A stretch of 64,000 bases of DNA from a plasmid, in sequence record NZ_LR134454.1; one strand, 5' to 3'. Below, one piece after another: positions 1 through 7,662 of this stretch. Below the pieces are notes generated by a model. The model ran no database searches. It had not been told where the DNA came from and worked only from the letters and a program-made list of their open reading frames with translations. A program made the position numbers and the translations under genes. Within the stretch, counting starts at the first letter, position 1. The number at the start of each line of letters is the position of its first letter.

Positions 1-595
1 GCACGAGCACGATGAAGACCACGAGCATGCCGACGGAGAAGATGACCGAGTACGGGCTCGACTTGGCGCCGGCCATGAGGGCGCCCACCAGGCCGAGGAC
101 GGCGAGCCCGGCCGACATGAGCAGGCCGCTCATCACGATCTGCCAGGCCGCGACGACGCGCGAGGCGCCCCACATGCGGGTGCGTCGGTAGACGAGGGTC
201 GGCGCGAGCACCTGCCCGCCGGGCATCGTCTGCGAGACGGAGTTCGACGCCATCTGCAGGCCCAGGGCCTGCGGCTGCGTCACCTTCACGCCCGCCGAGC
301 GCAGCAGCACCCGCGTGACCTGGGCGAACGAGTCCATCGAGAAGAAGACCGCGATCACGCAGGCCAGGACCCATTCCCAGCGGATGTGCTCCAGCTCGCG
401 GATCGACTTCGAGACCGTCGGGCCGAACAGGTACACCTCGACGCCGAGCACGATCGCGACCACCAGCAGCAGGGCCCGTCGGACCCACCGGAGCCGCCGC
501 CGGGTCACGGCGGGGTCCTTCGGGGGCGCGTCCTCGGGCGGCGTGCCGCCGGAGGGCTCGGCGCCGGGGGAGGGCGCGTCGTCGTCTGCCTGCAT
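1..595 (-). CDS. Partial CDS (N-terminal part; C-terminus lies outside the window): polytopic membrane protein of the flippase-like / lysyl-phosphatidylglycerol-synthase TM-domain (UPF0104) family.
   Basis: Reverse-strand reading from ATG (comp 593-595) gives MQADDDAPSPGAEP..., an Arg-rich segment, then several hydrophobic helices (LLLVVAIVLGVEVYLFGP..., VLACVIAVFF..., MSGLLMSAGLAVLGLVGALMAG...). The ORF is missing from the supplied track because it runs off the window edge. Family assignment rests on composition and topology only. Confidence 0.5.
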   Translation of the reverse strand, partial: MQADDDAPSPGAEPSGGTPPEDAPPKDPAVTRRRLRWVRRALLLVVAIVLGVEVYLFGPTVSKSIRELEHIRWEWVLACVIAVFFSMDSFAQVTRVLLRSAGVKVTQPQALGLQMASNSVSQTMPGGQVLAPTLVYRRTRMWGASRVVAAWQIVMSGLLMSAGLAVLGLVGALMAGAKSSPYSVIFSVGMLVVFIVLV

Positions 596-629
596 CGGCG
601 CCAGCCTACTCAGCGGTTAACGTGGGCAC

Positions 630-1832
630 ATGCAAGGCCTCGCATCGCGGCTGCGGCGCGTCGAACCCACCGGCGACGATGCCGGGGTGGGCGCGTCCGA
701 CGGCGACCCCCGCGCGCCGCTCTGGCGCGGCGCGCAGTGGTTCCGTGCGCTGTCCGTCGTGTACGCCGTCGGCCGGCAGATCGACGAGGCCGACCGGTAC
801 CAGCGGATCGGCTGGAGCTGGGTGATGATCGGCGCCGTCGTGGCGGTCAGCGTGATCGCCGGCCTCGGCTACGTGCGGGGCTTCGGGCGCAACCGGTGGT
901 TCGTGATCGGCGAGTTCGCGGCGGCCGCCGTGCTGGCGCTGGGCACCGTCTGGGTGGCTTCGCCCGAGTTCACCGCACACAACCAGGCCCTGCCCACCAC
1001 GCTGTGGCTCACCAACCCGGTGGTCTCCGCCGCGATCCTCGGCGGGCCGGTCGCCGGTATGGCCGGCGGCATCGCGATCGCGGTGATCAACGCGATCTAC
1101 CGCGGCACCTTCCCCGAGACCATCGTCCGCGACGCCAACTACCCCGTCTTCATGGCCGTCGGCCTCGGTCTCGGCGTGGCGGCCCGCGTCGCGATCCGCT
1201 CGCAGGAGCAGCTCCGCGAGGCCGAGCGCGTCGCCGCCGAGGCCCGCGCCCGCGAGCGGCTCGCCCGGGAGGTGCACGACGGGGTGTTGCAGGCCCTCGC
1301 CTTCCTCGCCCGACGGTGCGCCGAGCTCGGCGGGCCCGGCACGGAGCTGGGCGCCCTGGGGGAACTGGCGGCGCAGCAGGAGCGGGCGCTGCGGCACCTC
1401 ATCGCGGAGACTCCGGTGGGTCCTGCCCCGGATCCCGATGGGGACGGCGCCGTCGACCTGCGGGACCTGCTGCGGCCCCTCGCGTCGGCGACGGTCACCC
1501 TCGCCGAGCCCGGCGGCCCCGTGCTGCTCCCGGCGCGCCCGGCCGCCGAGGTGGCCGCCGCGGTGCGGAACGCGCTCGACAACACCGCGTTGCACGCCGG
1601 GCCGGGAGCCCGTTCGTACCTGCTGCTCGAGGACGTCGAGGACGCCGTGCTGGTCACGGTGCGCGACGACGGCACCGGAATCGCGCCGGGACGGCTCGAC
1701 GCCGCCCGCGCGGAGGGCAGACTAGGGGTGTCGGAGTCCATCGTCGGGCGGATGCGGGCGCTGGGCGGCCGGGCCGAACTGACGACGGACGTGGATGAAG
1801 GGGTGGAGTGGGAGCTGTGGGTACCTCGGTGA
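630..1832 (+). CDS. Sensor histidine kinase, NarL/LuxR-partner class (HisKA_3 dimerisation domain plus HATPase_c), with an N-terminal multi-TM sensor region.
   Basis: H-box REVHDGVLQALAFL is the HisKA_3 signature. N/G boxes VRNALDNTALHAG and VRDDGTGIAPGRL are present. About four hydrophobic helices lie in the N-terminal 190 aa. The 3' end overlaps the downstream response regulator by 4 nt (GTGA). Confidence 0.8.
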   Translation: MQGLASRLRRVEPTGDDAGVGASDGDPRAPLWRGAQWFRALSVVYAVGRQIDEADRYQRIGWSWVMIGAVVAVSVIAGLGYVRGFGRNRWFVIGEFAAAAVLALGTVWVASPEFTAHNQALPTTLWLTNPVVSAAILGGPVAGMAGGIAIAVINAIYRGTFPETIVRDANYPVFMAVGLGLGVAARVAIRSQEQLREAERVAAEARARERLAREVHDGVLQALAFLARRCAELGGPGTELGALGELAAQQERALRHLIAETPVGPAPDPDGDGAVDLRDLLRPLASATVTLAEPGGPVLLPARPAAEVAAAVRNALDNTALHAGPGARSYLLLEDVEDAVLVTVRDDGTGIAPGRLDAARAEGRLGVSESIVGRMRALGGRAELTTDVDEGVEWELWVPR

Positions 1833-2488
1833 GCGGGCCGGACGCGGACCCGGCGGGCATCTCCGTGCTGGTGGTGGACGATCACCCGATGTGGCGCGAG
1901 GCGGTGGCCCGCGACCTGGAGGCGCGCGGCTTCGTCGTGGCCGGCACCGCCGATTCGGTGGCGGCCGCCGGGCGGATCGCGAAGGCCGTGCAGCCGTCCG
2001 TCGTGCTGATGGACATGTCGCTGCCCGACGGGAACGGTGCCGCCGGCACCGCGCTCGTGCTGGAGGCGGCGCCGACGGCACAGGTGCTGATCCTCTCCGC
2101 CTCCGACGAGCGCGACGACGTGGTCGAGGCCGTGAAGGCCGGCGCCTGTGGCTACCTGGTCAAGAGCGCGTCCGCGGAGGAGCTGGTCGCGGCCGTGCAC
2201 GCCACCGCCGAGGGACAGCCGGTGTTCACGCCCGGCCTCGCCGGGCTGGTGCTGGGCGAGTTCCGTCGGATGGCGTCGGCGCCGGAGCCCGCCGGTCCCG
2301 GGTTGACCGCCCGCGAGACCGAGGTGCTGCGGCTCGTCGCGAAGGGACTGTCCGCCAAGCAGATCGCCACCCGCCTGCACCTGAGCCACCGCACCGTCGA
2401 GAACCACGTACAGGCCACGCTGCGGAAGCTGCAGCTCGGGAACCGGGTGGAGCTGGCGCGCTACGCGTTGGAGAACGGGCTGGACTAG
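1829..2488 (+). CDS. Two-component response regulator, NarL/FixJ (LuxR-type HTH) family.
   Basis: Receiver domain ISVLVVDDHPMWREAV...VLMDMSLPDGNG and C-terminal LuxR HTH LTARETEVLRLVAKGLSAKQIATRLHLSHRTVENHVQATLRKL. The GTG start overlaps the kinase stop codon, consistent with translational coupling. Confidence 0.85.
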   Translation: MSGPDADPAGISVLVVDDHPMWREAVARDLEARGFVVAGTADSVAAAGRIAKAVQPSVVLMDMSLPDGNGAAGTALVLEAAPTAQVLILSASDERDDVVEAVKAGACGYLVKSASAEELVAAVHATAEGQPVFTPGLAGLVLGEFRRMASAPEPAGPGLTARETEVLRLVAKGLSAKQIATRLHLSHRTVENHVQATLRKLQLGNRVELARYALENGLD

Positions 2489-2599
2489 TGGCGCCCGGTT
2501 CCGGTCGCGGCGCAGCTGATCGGGAGTCCGCGCCGTCGCGCCGGCGGACGGGATCGCCCTCGCCCGCCGGCGGCCCGGCCCCGTGCTCGCCGCGGTGGA

Positions 2600-2881
2600 T
2601 CAGGAGATCGGGACCTCCTTGATCTTGGTGTCCTCCTTGCCCGCGGTCTTGCAGTAGGCGATAGCCTCCGCGCGCAGTGCGGTCGCCGCACCCGCTGCCG
2701 GCTCCTCGCCGTGCTTGTCCTTGTACATCTTCTGGACCTGCTCGGTCTGGTCGGCCTCGGACATCGCGACGAAGTCCTTGCAGGTGGTGTCGGCGCCGGC
2801 TTTCGCGCACCCGCCGAGCGCCAGCGACACTGCGAGCGCAGCGATCACGACCACGGACCGGATCGATTGCAGCATTCTCAT
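2600..2881 (-). CDS. Small secreted lipoprotein (93 aa), function unknown.
   Basis: MRMLQSIRSVVVIAALAVSLALGGC has a basic n-region, a hydrophobic h-region and an LGGC lipobox. A GAGAGG motif lies 9 nt upstream of the ATG at 2879-2881. A longer GTG start at 2902 is possible. Confidence 0.55.
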   Translation of the reverse strand: MRMLQSIRSVVVIAALAVSLALGGCAKAGADTTCKDFVAMSEADQTEQVQKMYKDKHGEEPAAGAATALRAEAIAYCKTAGKEDTKIKEVPIS

Positions 2882-2894
2882 CGTCGATCGCCTC

Positions 2895-3199
2895 TCAGCC
2901 ACGTCGCCCGGTCACCAGGCCCACGACGAACAGCAGGACGCATGATCCCGCGAGCGCGGTAAGCAGTGTGAGGATCCACCCGGCACCGGCAGTGGAGACG
3001 CCGAGGATCCTGAGGATGATCCCGCCGACGACGCCGCCGACGATGCCCACCGCGATGTTGAGGAACAGGCCTTGCTGCGCATCGGTTCCCATGATCTTGC
3101 TTGCGAGCCACCCGCGATGCCGCCGATGATGATCCACGCGATCCAGCCGATGCCGTCGAATCCGAGGCTCGCCTCGACCACCGTTGTTGAGAGTTGCAT
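2895..3199 (-). pseudogene. GlsB/YeaQ/YmgE-family ('transglycosylase-associated') small membrane protein, disrupted by a frameshift (or a sequencing error) near 3110-3125.
   Basis: N-terminal half MQLSTTVVEASLGFDGIGWIAWIIIGGIAG is read in the frame of ORF 2912..3313. C-terminal half WLASKIMGTDAQQGLFLNIAVGIVGGVVGGIILRILGV... continues in the frame of ORF 2895..3239. Joined, the two halves give a canonical YeaQ/YmgE protein. Confidence 0.55.
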
Positions 3200-3470
3200 C
3201 TGTCTTCTCCTTCTTGCTGGGACACCTCGGTGAGGCCACTCAGTCGGAGAACGCGCAAGGGGACCGGCGATCCGTGATGCTCTGCGGGGAAGCGACCGAC
3301 GGCGCGCGTTCATACCGACGGGCGTGAAGACGCCGGTCGGTTGAGCGGTCGCACCGTGGTCTCAATGCGGAATGCACTCGAAACGATCATCGCTTCGGTA
3401 CGGGCGGAACACTAGCACGCGCGCCTGCTGGGGAGAAGCGTTCCGATGCGCAGCGGACGGCCTCGCCGGA

Positions 3471-4172
3471 TCACGCGGGATCGCGGTTCGCGGAACCCTT
3501 CTCCACCACGCGCTCCGCGATCGTCGCCAGAGGAACGTTGCTGTCGCTGGATACCCGGGCCAGCAGTTCGAAGGCACGCACCGCATCGACGTCGAACCGC
3601 TCCATGAGCATTCCCTTGGCCTGACCGATGACGTCACGGCTGGCCAGGGCGGAGCGGAACTGCAACGCACGGTCGTTGGCGATGAGGGCGGTCGCGGCCT
3701 GCGTCGCCAGCATCCCACCGACGGTCTCCGACTCATCGCTGAACGCGTCGACCTTCTCCGAGAACAGGTTCAACGCACCGACCCGGGAATCGAAGGTGAA
3801 CAACCGGAAGGACAGCATGCTGACGATCCCCGCTTCCACTGCGGCGGGGGCGAACTCGGGCCAGCGCTCGTCGGCCCGAAGATCGGGTGCGCGGGTCGCG
3901 GGGTTGGTGGTCGCCGCGTCCCAGCAGGGCCCCTGCTGGAACCGGTGTTGCAGCGCGTCGAGCCTCTCCGTCAGTTCCGACGTGGGTGCGAGGGAGCCGT
4001 ACTTCTCCGGTCCTTCGATGATCAGGATCGAGGCGCCCGCCACATCGGGGATCAGCTGGACGCACGCCGATGTGACGCTCTCGAGTGTGCTGTCGAGAGA
4101 ACTGGTCTGCGCGATGTTGCGGGACATCTCCGCCATCGTCGACAGGAGGCTTTCGAACCCCTCGTCAGTCAC
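3471..4172 (-). CDS. GAF-ANTAR RNA-binding antitermination-type regulator.
   Basis: N-terminal GAF-like region, then the C-terminal ANTAR signature VIGQAKGMLMERFDVDAVRAFELLARVSSDSNVPLATIAERVV. GTG start with GGAGGA 8 nt upstream, and a 4-nt GTGA overlap with the aspA stop. Confidence 0.75.
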   Translation of the reverse strand: MTDEGFESLLSTMAEMSRNIAQTSSLDSTLESVTSACVQLIPDVAGASILIIEGPEKYGSLAPTSELTERLDALQHRFQQGPCWDAATTNPATRAPDLRADERWPEFAPAAVEAGIVSMLSFRLFTFDSRVGALNLFSEKVDAFSDESETVGGMLATQAATALIANDRALQFRSALASRDVIGQAKGMLMERFDVDAVRAFELLARVSSDSNVPLATIAERVVEKGSANRDPA

Positions 4173-5734
4173 TGTGCTCGTCCTCCGGTGCCGGCGGTGG
4201 TCGGTCTACCGCGAGAAAGTAGCACGGTCGCCCGGACTCTCCTCGCAGCCGACGAGGCCCGGGCAGGGCAGGGCTGTCTAGTCGCCGGGTCCCCCGCCGG
4301 AGCGTCGTCGGGACGGGGCTGCAGGGCGTGGGGCGGGTGGCCGGTGAGGTACTCGGGGCTGAGGAGCGACGCGAGGGTCGCCTCATCGAGGAGGGCCCGT
4401 TCGCGCACGATCTCGACGACCCCGCGCCCGGACTCGAGCGCCTCGGCGGCGACCGAGGTCGCGGCGGCGTAGCCGATGGTGGGGCTCAGTGCGGTGACGA
4501 CGCCGATGGACTCGCTCACCATCTGCTCCAACCGCTCCCGGTTCGCCGTGATCCCGGAGACGCAGCGCTCCCCGAGCACGCGGGCGCCGCGCGTGAGGTG
4601 CGCGATCGACTCGACCAGCGAGCGGGCGATGATCGGCTCGAAGGCGTTGAGCTGCAACTGCCCGCCCTCGGCGGCCATGGTGATGGTGACGTCGTGGCCG
4701 ATCACCTCGTAGGCGATCTGGTTCACCACCTCGGGGATGACGGGGTTGACCTTGCCCGGCATGATCGACGACCCGGCCTGCACCGCGGGCAGGTGGATCT
4801 CCGCGAGGCCGGCGCGCGGGCCGGACGACAGCAGCCGCAGGTCGTTGCAGGTCTTCGACAACTTCACCGCGATCCGCTTGAGCACGCCGGAGAGCTGGAC
4901 GAAGACGCCGACGTCGGCGGTCGCCTCGATGAGGTCGGTGGCGCCGACCAGTTCGTGAATGCCCGTGACCTCGCGCAGTTGCTCGATGACCTTGCGGCGG
5001 TAACCGGGGTGGGCGTTGAGGGCGGTGCCGATCGCGGTGCCGCCGATGTTGAGCTCGTGCAGCAGCCGAGTGGCCTCCTGCAGCCGCACGATGTCCTCGC
5101 CCAGCGTGGTGGCGAACGCGCCGAACTCCTGGCCGAGCGTCATCGGCACCGCGTCCTGGAGCTGGGTGCGGCCCATCTTGAGGATGCCCGCGAACTCGTC
5201 CGACTTCGCGGCGAAGGTGCCGCGCAGTTCCGTGAGCGCCTCGGCCAGCTCGGCGAGCTGGGTGATGAGGGCGATCTTGATCGCGGTCGGGTAGACGTCG
5301 TTGGTGCTCTGCCCCAGGTTCACGTGGTCGAGCGGGTGCAGCGCGGCGTAGTCGCCCTTCGGCCGGTCCAGGTGCTCCAGCGCGGCGTTCGCGATCACCT
5401 CGTTGGCGTTCATGTTCGTCGACGTGCCCGCGCCGCCCGCGATGGTGTCGACGACGAACCACTCGTGCAGCCCGCCGCCGCGGATCCGCTCGCACGCCGC
5501 GACGATCGCCGCGGACCGCTCCTCGTCGAGCAGGCCAAGCTGTCGATTGGCCGACGCCGCGGCCTGTTTCACTGCGGCCAGCGCGTGCACCAGGTGGGTG
5601 TGGATGGCGATGGGAACGCCGGTGATCGGGAAGTTCAGCAGCGCCCGGGCGGTGTGGGCGCCGTAGTAGGCGTCGGCGGGGACGTCGATGTCGCCGAGCA
5701 GGTCGTGCTCGCTGCGCGTCTGCGGAGAGGTCAT
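4169..5734 (-). CDS. aspA: Aspartate ammonia-lyase (aspartase).
   Basis: The N-terminus HDLLGDIDVPADAYYGAHTARALLNF is aspartase-type rather than fumarase-C-type. Class II lyase signature GSSIMPGKVNP plus TNDVYPTA and QLQDAVPMTLGQEF. GGAGGG RBS before the ATG at 5734. The Pro/Arg-rich C-terminal ~50 aa is atypical, so the true stop may lie earlier. Confidence 0.85.
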   Translation of the reverse strand: MTSPQTRSEHDLLGDIDVPADAYYGAHTARALLNFPITGVPIAIHTHLVHALAAVKQAAASANRQLGLLDEERSAAIVAACERIRGGGLHEWFVVDTIAGGAGTSTNMNANEVIANAALEHLDRPKGDYAALHPLDHVNLGQSTNDVYPTAIKIALITQLAELAEALTELRGTFAAKSDEFAGILKMGRTQLQDAVPMTLGQEFGAFATTLGEDIVRLQEATRLLHELNIGGTAIGTALNAHPGYRRKVIEQLREVTGIHELVGATDLIEATADVGVFVQLSGVLKRIAVKLSKTCNDLRLLSSGPRAGLAEIHLPAVQAGSSIMPGKVNPVIPEVVNQIAYEVIGHDVTITMAAEGGQLQLNAFEPIIARSLVESIAHLTRGARVLGERCVSGITANRERLEQMVSESIGVVTALSPTIGYAAATSVAAEALESGRGVVEIVRERALLDEATLASLLSPEYLTGHPPHALQPRPDDAPAGDPATRQPCPARASSAARRVRATVLLSRGRPTTAGTGGRAQ

Positions 5735-5781
5735 CCGCTCATCCTTCCGCACCACCCTCCTCCGTCGGAGGATTTGCGGAA

Positions 5782-6087
5782 TCAGCCTGTGCGACCGGCC
5801 CGCCCGCTGTGCGGTTCCGCGGTGACCGGGACACCCGCGGTGGCGAAGACGTCCAGCACCTCGGAGTAGAGCTTCGCGCCGAGCGCGGTGCGGACCTCGT
5901 CGGCGTGCGTGAGGCGGAAGCCGAAGGGCTCGTCCTCCGGGGTGCCGAAGCCGCCGCGCAGGCAGTCGACGAGGGCGTCGAGGTTGCTGCCGAAGTAGCC
6001 GTCGGGGCCGTTCACCGCGCGCCCGAGCTCGGTGTAGAAGTCGGCCGCCCCGGTCACCCGGCTGCCGTCCACGGTGTAGGTCTTCAC
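5782..6087 (-). CDS. Barstar-like ribonuclease inhibitor (immunity protein for the adjacent RNase).
   Basis: YFGSNLDALVDCLRGG matches the barstar core YYGENLDALWDCLTG. The gene is 101 aa and sits immediately downstream of, and co-oriented with, the RNase gene (4-nt gap). Confidence 0.65.
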   Translation of the reverse strand: MKTYTVDGSRVTGAADFYTELGRAVNGPDGYFGSNLDALVDCLRGGFGTPEDEPFGFRLTHADEVRTALGAKLYSEVLDVFATAGVPVTAEPHSGRAGRTG

Positions 6088-6090
6088 GTC

Positions 6091-6471
6091 TCAGGCTCCC
6101 GTCACGATGCAGAACGAGGCGTAGTGGTCGCCGGTGTAGTACAAGTTCGGCGGGGACGTGAGCGGCGTTCCGCCGGTGACGATCCGGCGTGCGCCGCGGG
6201 TCGACGAGCCGGGCGTCGGCACCGTGTACTCGTGGTAGTACCCCGAGGCCTGCGCGGGCAGGATCCCCTCCCGGTTCTGGAACACGACCCCGTCGTTGCG
6301 CGGGTACGGGAACGGACCGCCCTGATGGATGAGGTCGACGGTGTCGGCCGCCTGCGCGGGCAGGGACGACAACGCGCAGGAGGGCAGGGCGGCGGAGGCG
6401 GGGGAGACGGTCGCGACCGTGACGCCGAGCGCCACGACGACCGATCCCGCGAGGCGGGTTGCGATGCGCAT
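6091..6471 (-). CDS. Secreted guanyl-specific ribonuclease of the RNase Sa / microbial N1-T1 family.
   Basis: Signal peptide MRIATRLAGSVVVALGVTVATVSPASA. The mature region DTVDLIHQGGPFPYPRNDGVVFQNREGILP...GYYHEYTVPTPGSSTRGARRIV...YYTGDHYASF aligns almost residue-for-residue with Streptomyces RNase Sa, including the catalytic E and R/H residues. Confidence 0.9.
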   Translation of the reverse strand: MRIATRLAGSVVVALGVTVATVSPASAALPSCALSSLPAQAADTVDLIHQGGPFPYPRNDGVVFQNREGILPAQASGYYHEYTVPTPGSSTRGARRIVTGGTPLTSPPNLYYTGDHYASFCIVTGA

Positions 6472-6587
6472 GATCAGAAGTTAGCCGAAGTAGATGATCG
6501 CCGGGTGGCAGCGCGGTGAACGTCCTGGACCGGCTGCGCCGATGGGTCGCCGGGCGCCGGACCCGGCGATGGCCGGCGCCAGGTGGG

Positions 6588-6848
6588 GGACTCGGCTTCC
6601 GGTGGGGGGTGCCGGCGGCGGATGAGGGGCGTGGCGGCGTTTCCTGGGGGACTGAACGCTGGGTGGGGGAGGAGCCGGCTTCTGGTGGGGGATTCGGCGC
6701 CGCGTGGGGGACGTTCGCTCCCCCGCTCCACGACCGGCGTCCCGTGGGGGCGGGAACGCAGGGTGGGGGAGACGGCGATCGTTGGGGGACTGAACGTGTG
6801 GTGGGGGGGAGACGGCGATCGGCGGGGAACTGAGCGTGTGGTGGGGGT
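6588..6848. repeat. G-tract repeat array on the + strand (C-rich on the strand that would form the RNase 5' leader): at least 12 copies of (T)GGTGGGGG(A), including a ~39-bp unit duplicated in tandem at 6763-6800 and 6801-6840.
   Basis: Repeated motifs, read directly from the sequence, include ...caggtggggga...ggtggggggt...cctgggggactgaacgctgggtggggga...ctggtggggga...gcgtggggga...gggtgggggagacggcgatcgttgggggactgaacgtgtggtgggggggagacggcgatcggcggggaactgagcgtgtggtggggg. The array occupies the 390-bp intergenic gap between the TetR stop (6862) and the RNase start (6471). Confidence 0.7.
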
Positions 6849-6861
6849 AGCGCGTCCGGGG

Positions 6862-7521
6862 CTACCTCTCGCGGGGGGTGTACGACGCCAGGCCCAGGGC
6901 GACGACGGTGAGCTGGCGGGTGGTGCGCTCGATGAGCTCCGCCTCGTCGCGGGTGTTGCGGGCGTCGATGCGCACCAGCTCGGCGACGAAGCCCAGCATG
7001 ATCGTGACGTAGAGGTCGGCGGTCATGTCGAGGTCCTCGACGCTCCACTCGCTCAGCGCGGGGATCCGCGAGAGGTCGTGGGTGAGCTCCTTGGCGAAGA
7101 GTCGCAGCTCGACGTCGATCGCGCGTTGCAGTTCGGGGGAGCCGCCGTAGCGCTCGCGCACGAGGAACTGGAACTCGGCGTCGTTGGCGCGGGCCTGCTT
7201 GGCGACGACGCGGATCGCCTCCGCGCCGCTCGGCGCCACGCCCTCGCGCCGGCCCTCGCGCAGCATGCGGCGCAGCACGCGCATCGCGTCCTCGACCAGG
7301 GTGACGCCGAGGTCGTCCATCGATGCGAAGTGGCGGTAGAAGGCGGTGGGCACCACGCCGGCCGCCTTGGCGACCTCGCGCAGCGACAGGCTCGCGAACG
7401 AGCGTTCACCGGCCAGGGCCAGCGCCTCGTCGAGCAGGGTCTGTCGCGTGCGCTCCTTGGCCTCCGCCCGCGACGGTCCCGGGGTGTGCCGTTCGACGGC
7501 GCGCGGGGACGGTCTGGGCAT
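6862..7521 (-). CDS. TetR-family transcriptional regulator, divergent from the desaturase operon.
   Basis: HTH region TRQTLLDEALALAGERSFASLSLREVAKAAGVVPTAFYRHFASMDDL. The gene is divergently arranged with the reductase-desaturase pair, as TetR regulators of DesA3 operons are in mycobacteria. Confidence 0.8.
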   Translation of the reverse strand: MPRPSPRAVERHTPGPSRAEAKERTRQTLLDEALALAGERSFASLSLREVAKAAGVVPTAFYRHFASMDDLGVTLVEDAMRVLRRMLREGRREGVAPSGAEAIRVVAKQARANDAEFQFLVRERYGGSPELQRAIDVELRLFAKELTHDLSRIPALSEWSVEDLDMTADLYVTIMLGFVAELVRIDARNTRDEAELIERTTRQLTVVALGLASYTPRER

Positions 7522-7662
7522 GGGGTCGAGTCTATCGCCCCTGCGTCGGGGCGGTGTCGCGGAGGTTGTGGCCGAGGTCACGGAACAACTCCTTGACGAG
7601 GAGCGGACGGCTGCGTGCATACTGTGAGTGTACAAGCGTGCACTGAACGGAGAAACACAGCC

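Noticed and set aside
315-1798. ORFs 315..620 and 386..1798 on the + strand near the window start.
   Set aside because: They overlap the minus-strand membrane-protein gene and the histidine kinase in the wrong frames, giving Arg/Gly-rich nonsense translations.
6588-6848. Possible CRISPR array, suggested by the repeated G-rich units.
   Set aside because: Repeats are short G-tracts with irregular spacing and no constant repeat-spacer periodicity, and there are no cas genes.
4169-7048. 959-aa ORF on the minus strand spanning aspA, barstar and the RNase.
   Set aside because: Artefact of stop-codon-poor high-GC sequence. Only the C-terminal 522 codons (from the ATG at 5734) match aspartase. The barstar and RNase genes are read in other frames.
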